The notes under the pieces were generated by a model. It ran no database searches. It saw only the letters and a program-made list of their open reading frames with translations, and was not told the origin of the DNA. Below, in pieces: positions 57,368 to 64,000 of a stretch of DNA of 64,000 bases; within the stretch, counting starts at the first letter, position 1; each line of letters begins with the position of its first letter. Origin of the DNA: an uncultured Alphaproteobacteria bacterium (lineage in GTDB: Bacteria; Pseudomonadota; Alphaproteobacteria; RF32; CAG-239). Position numbers and translations under genes: made by a program. Where the stretch lies: NCBI GenBank assembly GCA_944391465.1, contig CALXTS010000002.1, positions 21,250-85,249 on the forward strand, read 5' to 3'.

Positions 57368-57844
57368 TTATTTTGTCAAACGACGAAAGAACTCTGGTCT
57401 CATAAACTTTCCCTGCCAAATTCCTCTTTTTTCGGAGCGAGCTTTTTTTTCATCTTCAAAATAATCATCTCCATATGCCGTATAAGCCACAGCCCAGCCA
57501 TTTCTAACCATCATACGATTAATATCTTTCTGTCCCGCATAACAAACTGCGACACTACGCTTATAACGATCTTTATTCTTAATAGCACACTCAACTTCAC
57601 CATTAAGCAACTTTTTCAAAAACTTTTCGGCTTCTGCACCGCACTGATATTTTTTTCCGTTTTTCCGATAGCAATATTGTTTATACTCAGGAGCATCTAT
57701 TCCGTGAAGACGCATTTCCACGCCATCAACAATCAGGCTGTCCCCGTCAATAACCTGAGCATTAGAGCCTTGTGCGACATTAGCTCCGCCCAATAAAGCA
57801 AACAAAGCAACCAAACATTTTATGTGTTTTTTCTCACTCATCAT
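57368..57844 (-). CDS. Secreted thermonuclease (SNase) family nuclease
   Basis: Signal peptide. DGDSLIVDG...MRLHGIDAPE motif. Confidence 0.8.
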   Translation of the reverse strand: MMSEKKHIKCLVALFALLGGANVAQGSNAQVIDGDSLIVDGVEMRLHGIDAPEYKQYCYRKNGKKYQCGAEAEKFLKKLLNGEVECAIKNKDRYKRSVAVCYAGQKDINRMMVRNGWAVAYTAYGDDYFEDEKKARSEKRGIWQGKFMRPEFFRRLTK

Positions 57845-57982
57845 ACGGCAATTTAATACTCAAATCCTAAAAGTTTCAAGGACTCCTGTAAAATACATTG
57901 AATAACCTGAAAAAAAGTTTTGTTGTTTGCTAAAGTTTATCTTATTATGTCTTCAAAATATATATTTAATTAAGGTCTCATA

Positions 57983-58864
57983 ATGATATCTGCAAAATTA
58001 CAAAAAAAAATAATCTGTTTAAGTACCGTGCTTGCGCTCTGTGGTTGTGAATACTTAAAAACGCACACGGTAAAAGATTTTATGATTAATCCGATGGAGG
58101 CTTTTAACTACAAACCCACGGAAGAACAATTAGCGATTAACACCCCAGAATTGAGGGCGCCGAGGTCTATTGTAGTTTGCCGTTCGCATCAATGCGCTCC
58201 GTCAAAACTTTCAATGTCTAAAGAATATATTTACAACAGCTTACTTCAGCTTTTTGAAAACAACAATTATCAAAAAGCCTTAATTTGTCAGGCAGATTCT
58301 AATACACACACCTGCCTTGAAAACTATATAACAATGGGTATTACTGCAGGTATAACCCCAACCAATGCGTATATTGACCATGTAAAAATAACCGATGTCA
58401 TTGTCGGAAAAAACATCAGTACAATTAATCTTATTCTCAACTACAATGTAACCTTTGGTGGCCAAACTGCAGAATGCACACCGGCTCAAAGCATTGTCTT
58501 TGCACGCAACGTCAACCATGTCTTATTAGAAGATAGCGGATATGTTTGTAAAATGACGGCAATCGGACAAACAAATATCAAAACCGTTTTTGCAATTGAC
58601 TATATTGACTTAGATTATGGTTATATCGGCGGCTACTTTTCTGTAGGTTTTTCTGGACCGGCATACGGCGGAGGTAGTGGTTACATGCTTTTACGCCTCC
58701 CCAAAAACGCCTATCCGCTTTCACCTAAATTGAAAGCACCCAAGATTAACAAACAAAACCGACAGAACCAAAACCGAAGCTACACTGCACCCAGTATTCT
58801 GGACAGCTCTGCCGAAGAAGGTTCAGCCTCGAGTGCTGTACAGGTTTTCCCATTACAAAAATAA
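57983..58864 (+). CDS. Lipoprotein, hypothetical
   Basis: Lipobox LSTVLALCGC. 293 aa. No family recognised. Confidence 0.55.
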   Translation: MISAKLQKKIICLSTVLALCGCEYLKTHTVKDFMINPMEAFNYKPTEEQLAINTPELRAPRSIVVCRSHQCAPSKLSMSKEYIYNSLLQLFENNNYQKALICQADSNTHTCLENYITMGITAGITPTNAYIDHVKITDVIVGKNISTINLILNYNVTFGGQTAECTPAQSIVFARNVNHVLLEDSGYVCKMTAIGQTNIKTVFAIDYIDLDYGYIGGYFSVGFSGPAYGGGSGYMLLRLPKNAYPLSPKLKAPKINKQNRQNQNRSYTAPSILDSSAEEGSASSAVQVFPLQK

Positions 58865-58881
58865 TAAATGGAAACAGTAGC

Positions 58882-58910
58882 AAATCCCCCGATAAGTCGG
58901 GGGATTTAAA
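58882..58910 (+). terminator. Hairpin after the lipoprotein gene
   Basis: AAATCCCCCG / CGGGGGATTT 10-bp stem with only a weak T-tract. Confidence 0.5.
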
Positions 58911-58954
58911 TTATACGGAACTTTTTTACACAAAAATAAACTTAGCTTACAACG

Positions 58955-58986
58955 CAAAAAAATCCGGCAAAACCGGATTTTTTTTA
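58955..58986. terminator. Bidirectional terminator
   Basis: A7, TCCGG / CCGGA stem, T8. Confidence 0.65.
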
Positions 58987-60573
58987 TAAACCATAACTAA
59001 AATACTGCACACTTTCATAAACAGTAATTTTATCGATTCCATTAAAAGGAAATGTTAAATCCCCATAACAAATTTTTCCTGAGGTATCGGGAAGATATCC
59101 TTTTCGCAATTGAAACTCTTTTATATCCCCCAAATTCATAACTCTTCCGTTATTAAACTGAACAATCCACCCGTATGTGCTATAGCCCACATTCACGTGA
59201 ATACAATGACATTCATCAGTCCCCTCAATAACCACAGACTGAGAATCTTTTGAAACTGAAAAACTTTGAGTTTCATCACTATACCATTTAATAAACGGGC
59301 TAACCGTATCATTCCAATAACCGGTATTTTGAGGAGTTTCAACTTCATGTTGAATAACCGGCTCCTGATAAACACCATAACGTTCATCTGCTTGAGGAGA
59401 AACCGATGTTACTGAAGCATCTGCCATGGGAATATCGGCATCTACAGTATCAGCCTCTATGGCATCCGCTTGCATTTCAAAATTTTCAGATTGCTCTAAT
59501 AACTCAGGCTGCTCTGATGGTTCTAACGGTTCTGATTGTTCGGATGAATCTAATAATACCTCCTCATTTTGTTCTCTCGTTTCAACATCAGAGAAATCAG
59601 CAGCAAAATCAGTCTCCGCTTCAGGAAGTGCATCGACACTTTCATTATTCGAATTTTGAGTTGGAATATCAGAAAATACTTCTTCGTTTCTCCCCTCCCT
59701 GTCAATATTATCAACATCTGCAGAGGCAACAGTTTCATTTTCCACAAAAATTTCAGAATTCTGCTGATTAAAAATATTATCTGAAGTGTCTTCCGTTCCC
59801 AAAGAAATTTCAGCATTTTCATTCTGATTTATCTCTGAGGATGAATTAAACTCTAAAGAATTTTCGACTGTATCGTCATCTAAGGTTTCACCATCAAAAA
59901 TCAGAGAATTTTCAGTCTCCTCAGAAACTGGCTCAGATTGTTCTAATACTGGCAACACCGACTCTTCATCAATTTGTTGCAACTCATCAGCCAAACCATC
60001 ATTAAAAGAATTTACGCCGCCAATATCCGGCACAGAAGAATTTTGTTCAAAACTCACTCCATCGTACTCATCTGTTTTTTCATCTGGAGCATCTAAAATT
60101 TCATTAATATTTTCCGTTTCGGGATTCTGAAACTCAGGAGCCCCTTTTTGAGAAACTTGCATCTCTTCAGACACCGAAACATTAGGCTCAGTATCCAAGC
60201 TTTCTTTCGGAAGCGTCAAATCAAAATGAAATTCATCAAAAACACTATCATCAGTTTTCATCTCTGACGGAGCCTCGGGTTCCACCTCCGGCTCCAGCTT
60301 AACCTCTATATTTTCCTCTTCGTTTCCCACATCTGAAACAGGAACATCAAAAGAAGGCTCTTCTTGAACTTTCTGTTGCTCAGAATAATCCATATTAAAT
60401 ATATTTGCTGTTTCTTCCATCCCTCCGGCCAACGGAACTTCAGGTTCTTTTTTTTCAATTTCAACATTCTGTTTTTTTCCAAAAAAACCTGTCAACTTAT
60501 TCACCGAAGGAATTTTATCTTTCAGAGCATCAATATTACTATCAATTTCTTTATTAAAAATCTTAAAAGCCAT
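58984..60573 (-). CDS. Very acidic low-complexity protein with a globular C-terminal domain, hypothetical
   Basis: 529-aa ORF. About 380 aa are E/D/S/N/Q-rich (e.g. SEQSEPLEPSEQPELLEQSE). The last ~130 aa are ordinary in composition (YGVYQEP...VQYFSYGL). Confidence 0.55.
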   Translation of the reverse strand: MAFKIFNKEIDSNIDALKDKIPSVNKLTGFFGKKQNVEIEKKEPEVPLAGGMEETANIFNMDYSEQQKVQEEPSFDVPVSDVGNEEENIEVKLEPEVEPEAPSEMKTDDSVFDEFHFDLTLPKESLDTEPNVSVSEEMQVSQKGAPEFQNPETENINEILDAPDEKTDEYDGVSFEQNSSVPDIGGVNSFNDGLADELQQIDEESVLPVLEQSEPVSEETENSLIFDGETLDDDTVENSLEFNSSSEINQNENAEISLGTEDTSDNIFNQQNSEIFVENETVASADVDNIDREGRNEEVFSDIPTQNSNNESVDALPEAETDFAADFSDVETREQNEEVLLDSSEQSEPLEPSEQPELLEQSENFEMQADAIEADTVDADIPMADASVTSVSPQADERYGVYQEPVIQHEVETPQNTGYWNDTVSPFIKWYSDETQSFSVSKDSQSVVIEGTDECHCIHVNVGYSTYGWIVQFNNGRVMNLGDIKEFQLRKGYLPDTSGKICYGDLTFPFNGIDKITVYESVQYFSYGL

Positions 60574-60587
60574 TTAAAACATCCTCA

Positions 60588-61946
60588 CTACAAAGGGATA
60601 GCAATAGAAACTTTCAAACCACCCAAAGAACTATCACCCAATTCAATCGTCCCACCATGAGAAGTAATAACATCTTTCGCGATAGAAAGCCCTAATCCGA
60701 CACCTCCGGTTTCTTTATTGCGAGAACTTTCTAAACGATAAAACGCCTTGAAAACATCTTCACGCTTATCTTCAGGAATTCCGGGTCCATCATCTTCAAT
60801 ATTAATCATCAGCTTTTTATCGTTGCTTTCAAGTTTAACGGCAATAGTTTTCCCATAACGAAAAGCATTTGAAATAACATTTGTCAAAGCTCTTTTCAAA
60901 GACTGTTCACGCCCCTGAATAGCACTGACTTGATCATTTGTTGAATAACGAATAAGAGCATTTTTATTACGGAATTTATTAATGATACTTAAAATCATTT
61001 CATTAACATCAACAAAAGTTGATTTTTCACCACCTTCTCCGCTAACAAAAGACAAATACCCGTCAAGCATTTTTTCCATTTCTTCAATATCCGCCAAGAA
61101 ATCTTTTTTATCTTCCCCTTCTTGCATCATAGACGCTTGCAGTTTCATTCTGGTCAAAGGGGTTCTCAAATCATGAGAAACACCGGCTAACATTTGCGTT
61201 CTTTCCGAAATCTGACGCTGAATACGCTCTTTCATCTTAATAAAAGCAATTGCAGCTTTCCGAACCTCTGAAGACCCATAAGGTTTAAAGTCTTTGTTAT
61301 CGATTCCTTTACCAAAATCTTCAGCCACCTGAGCCAACTCAGCAATAGAACGTACCTGAATTCTTAAAAATAAAACCGCCACCAAGAACAACAAAATAGA
61401 AGTTCCTGCCATCCATGCAACGAACATAAAGATAGAACTGCTGAATATTTTTTTACGAGAAGTTTCAAATTCAAACAAACCTTTATCCGTATCAATAAAG
61501 ACGATCAAATCTCTGTCTTCTTTTCCCAAATAAATATCCGTAACATCATTCGGAAAAGCCTTACGCAGAGCTTCATCCAAATAACCTATAATCATACGGC
61601 TACCCTTACTGGCTTTTTTCATTACCTGATATTTAGTCTGATTGGGATGGAAGTTAAACTTTATATCCAACTTAGTTTCTGATAATTTTTGAATATTTGA
61701 AAGCTGCTTAGGATTTTTGTTTACCAATTCCATCACAACTTCCATATCTGAAACCAGATTATCCGAAAGGCGACGTCCCATCCGCTTCCAACTTCCGTCA
61801 AAAAACATGACAACAGAAACAACCTGAACCACAATTAACGGAATAAAAATCAATAACATTGTTCTAAAAAACAAAGTTCTCGGCAACAGTTTCAAGCGCC
61901 AATATTTCAAAGTTTCTTCAGCTTTTTCCGATAATGTGATATGCAT
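60588..61946 (-). CDS. envZ: EnvZ-type osmosensor histidine kinase
   Basis: Two TM helices plus HAMP. H-box LAGVSHDLRTPLTRMKL. DDGPGI and GGVGLGLSI boxes. Confidence 0.85.
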   Translation of the reverse strand: MHITLSEKAEETLKYWRLKLLPRTLFFRTMLLIFIPLIVVQVVSVVMFFDGSWKRMGRRLSDNLVSDMEVVMELVNKNPKQLSNIQKLSETKLDIKFNFHPNQTKYQVMKKASKGSRMIIGYLDEALRKAFPNDVTDIYLGKEDRDLIVFIDTDKGLFEFETSRKKIFSSSIFMFVAWMAGTSILLFLVAVLFLRIQVRSIAELAQVAEDFGKGIDNKDFKPYGSSEVRKAAIAFIKMKERIQRQISERTQMLAGVSHDLRTPLTRMKLQASMMQEGEDKKDFLADIEEMEKMLDGYLSFVSGEGGEKSTFVDVNEMILSIINKFRNKNALIRYSTNDQVSAIQGREQSLKRALTNVISNAFRYGKTIAVKLESNDKKLMINIEDDGPGIPEDKREDVFKAFYRLESSRNKETGGVGLGLSIAKDVITSHGGTIELGDSSLGGLKVSIAIPL

Positions 61947-61975
61947 TTCAAACTCCTATCTAATCAATTCAAACC

Positions 61976-62674
61976 TTAATCTGCCAAAAGCATATAACCT
62001 TTTCCGCGAACAGTTTGCAAATAACGAGGATTCCTCGAATCCTGTTCAATTTTCTTTCTCAAACGCGTAATCTGAACATCAATTGACCGAGGGCTCTGTC
62101 CGGCGCCTAAAATCTCTGCTAAATCCTCACGAGTAAACACCTGTCCTAATTTTCCACCCAAAACATTCAGAAGAGACTGCTCTACCGGTGTGATATGAAC
62201 AATTTCCCCTTGTTTTGTATAAAGCTCTTTGGTTTGCACATGATAAACACATAACCCCAAAGTCAACTTTTCGGGAATTTCATCTTTTTCAACCGGCGAA
62301 CGTTTTAAAATGTTTTTAATTCTCAAAACCAGTTCTTTAGGCTCAAAAGGTTTCGACAAATAATCGTCAGCACCAACTTCAAGACCATTAATCCGATCTT
62401 GAGTTTCCCCCATAGCCGTAAGCAAAATTACCGGAATATTATTTTTTTCTCTTAGTTTTGCCAGAAACTCCAAGCCTGACTCGTTTGGCATCATAATATC
62501 CACAATTAAAATATCAAAACGATAATTAAGCAACATTCCCCGTGCACTTTCGGCATCTTTTGCGCTCGAAACATAGAAACCATTTTCGCGCAAAAACCGT
62601 TGCAACAGGGAACGTAATCTGGTGTCGTCATCAACGACTAAAATATGTTTCTTCTCCAGATTCATATTTTCCAA
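61976..62674 (-). CDS. ompR: OmpR-family response regulator
   Basis: ILVVDDDTRLRSLLQRFL...GADDYLSKPFEPKEL closely parallels E. coli OmpR. Winged-helix C-domain. Confidence 0.9.
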   Translation of the reverse strand: MENMNLEKKHILVVDDDTRLRSLLQRFLRENGFYVSSAKDAESARGMLLNYRFDILIVDIMMPNESGLEFLAKLREKNNIPVILLTAMGETQDRINGLEVGADDYLSKPFEPKELVLRIKNILKRSPVEKDEIPEKLTLGLCVYHVQTKELYTKQGEIVHITPVEQSLLNVLGGKLGQVFTREDLAEILGAGQSPRSIDVQITRLRKKIEQDSRNPRYLQTVRGKGYMLLAD

Positions 62675-62677
62675 TCG

Positions 62678-63388
62678 TTACTTTCCTTTTTTCAAAGCAG
62701 AGCTTTTTCCTTTTTTCGCAGGAGCTTTCTTTACATTTTTCTTTTTAACAGCAGCTGTTTTAGGTTTTGAAGTAGTTTTAATCGGTAAATCAGCAGCAGT
62801 TTTTACCACATCTGATGCTTTTGATATTTTAGCTTGCTTATCCTGCTCATGAATATAATCCAAACTTTTCTGGAAATACTGATATCCGGTAACAAAAGTC
62901 AGCACACCGGCAATCCATAACAAGACTTCACCGATACCGCCCCAATACCACACACCTTTCAAAAGCATCATAGACAAAGCAGTCATCTGAAACCCTGTTT
63001 TCCATTTTGCCAAACGAGTTACCGGCAAACCGACATTAACTTCTCTTAAAAACTCACGCAATCCGGAAACCAAAATTTCCCGACACAAAATCACGATTAC
63101 AGGAATGAAGCTGAGTTGCGTCCAAACCATATCCGGCTTAGCCAAAATAACAATTAACGCTGAAGCAACCAACAACTTGTCAGCTATTGGATCCAACAAA
63201 CGACCAAATGCAGAAGTCTGATTCCGAGCTCTTGCCAAATAACCATCTAAATAGTCTGTAATGGATGCAACGATAAATAATATTGCCGCAAAAACAGACC
63301 AAACTTCAGCTCTAATGTAGATAGATAAAAAGATTACCGGAATCACCACGATTCTGGAAATAGTCAAAATATTAGGTAAATTATACAC
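62678..63388 (-). CDS. pgsA: CDP-diacylglycerol--glycerol-3-phosphate 3-phosphatidyltransferase with a Lys-rich C-terminal tail
   Basis: CDP-alcohol motif DYLDGYLARARNQTSAFGRLLDPIADK. A 56-aa K/A/P-rich tail follows residue ~180. Confidence 0.9.
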   Translation of the reverse strand: MYNLPNILTISRIVVIPVIFLSIYIRAEVWSVFAAILFIVASITDYLDGYLARARNQTSAFGRLLDPIADKLLVASALIVILAKPDMVWTQLSFIPVIVILCREILVSGLREFLREVNVGLPVTRLAKWKTGFQMTALSMMLLKGVWYWGGIGEVLLWIAGVLTFVTGYQYFQKSLDYIHEQDKQAKISKASDVVKTAADLPIKTTSKPKTAAVKKKNVKKAPAKKGKSSALKKGK

Positions 63389-63438
63389 GACATGCCTCTC
63401 ATATAAGAAATAATTTTCCTCATAGTAAAATATAAAAA

Positions 63439-64000
63439 CTAATTATGAAAGTAATTAAAGATTTTTTCCGCTGTTTTTTTACTTATACCACCCACTTTTT
63501 GCAAATCTTTAACACTGGCATTAGCAACTTCCTCAGCAGAGCCAAAATAATTAAGCAAATCGTGTTTTCTCTTCTGCCCGATTCCTTCAATTTCATCTAT
63601 TCTGGATTTATAAATTGATTTTGCTCTTTTTTTCCGATGTGTTCCGATAGCAAAGCGATGAGCTTCATCTCGAATATTCTGCAAATAAAATGCTATTGCT
63701 GAACGATAAGGCAACTCAAAACTTTCTCGCCCTTTAATATGATAAAATTCCTTTCCGGCGTTTCTATCCGGACCTTTAGAAATTGCAATAATTGTAATAC
63801 CGTTTAAATCAAAATCGGCCAACGCTTCATGTACGGCATTTAACTGTCCTTTTCCTCCGTCCAAAAGAATAACATCAGGACGATTATCCGGCGTCATTCG
63901 CGACAATCTTCGAGTTAAAACCTCTTGCATCATTGCAAAATCATCATTTGTAATTGCAGAATTTTTTATATTAAAAGTTCGATAACTTTTTTTATCAAAT
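63439..64000 (-). CDS. uvrC: Excinuclease ABC subunit C (C-terminal part; the gene continues beyond the window)
   Basis: The frame stays open to the window edge (checked by hand: ...YRTFNIKNSAITNDDFAMMQEVLTRR). Endonuclease-V-like region and C-terminal (HhH)2 (IEGIGQKRKHDLL). Confidence 0.9.
   Translation of the reverse strand, partial: FDKKSYRTFNIKNSAITNDDFAMMQEVLTRRLSRMTPDNRPDVILLDGGKGQLNAVHEALADFDLNGITIIAISKGPDRNAGKEFYHIKGRESFELPYRSAIAFYLQNIRDEAHRFAIGTHRKKRAKSIYKSRIDEIEGIGQKRKHDLLNYFGSAEEVANASVKDLQKVGGISKKTAEKIFNYFHN

Noticed and set aside
58002-58010. A9 homopolymer in codons 7-10 of the lipoprotein gene as a phase-variation switch.
   Set aside because: A/T runs of this length occur repeatedly in this AT-rich window. 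Without population or length-variation data the claim is unsupported.

Overview
This is a dense bacterial chromosomal segment, read with the standard code. It looks AT-rich by eye; I did not compute GC. I count about 68 protein-coding genes, one tRNA-Leu(CAG) and many hairpin terminators. I recognised no rRNA, CRISPR array, transposase, integrase or relaxase.

Most genes are housekeeping: ldh, mtaB-like, ftsY, xseA, uppP, mutY, mreBCD-mrdA-rodA, miaA, ddl, rarA, crcB, truA, recX, hslO, apaG, carD, glmM, ftsH, DUF47-PiT, rlmH, rsfS, obg-rpmA-rplU, envZ-ompR, pgsA and a partial uvrC. Synteny and family content (uvrC-pgsA adjacency, ATP12-like, ApaG, CarD, DUF465-like) suggest an alphaproteobacterium-like organism. 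L-LDH, an [FeFe]-hydrogenase and a U32 Fe-S enzyme suggest a fermentative or anaerobic lifestyle. Both points are inference only.

The best candidates for undescribed biology are:
1. 33.4-38.9 kb: an orphan VirD4/TraG-type coupling ATPase sits 11 nt downstream of a pentapeptide-repeat protein with a charged, Arg-studded tail. A TolC-like lipoprotein with a C-terminal SPOR domain lies just upstream. No other type IV secretion gene is present in the window.
2. 10.6-16.1 kb: a hybrid histidine kinase with no sensor domain is followed by two tandem, doubly degenerate GGDEF-EAL paralogues. This unit is transcribed divergently from an [FeFe]-hydrogenase gene.
3. 44.35-46.1 kb: a secreted protein built from repeated four-cysteine modules.
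4. 46.78-47.83 kb: a 58-aa YjfB-like small ORF missing from the supplied track, coupled to an HExxH protein.

Smaller oddities include a tRNA 3' end buried in a perfect 18-bp palindrome, a truncated ATP12 homologue, a lysine-rich tail on PgsA and a very acidic 529-aa protein. All family calls come from motif reading by eye, not from searches.
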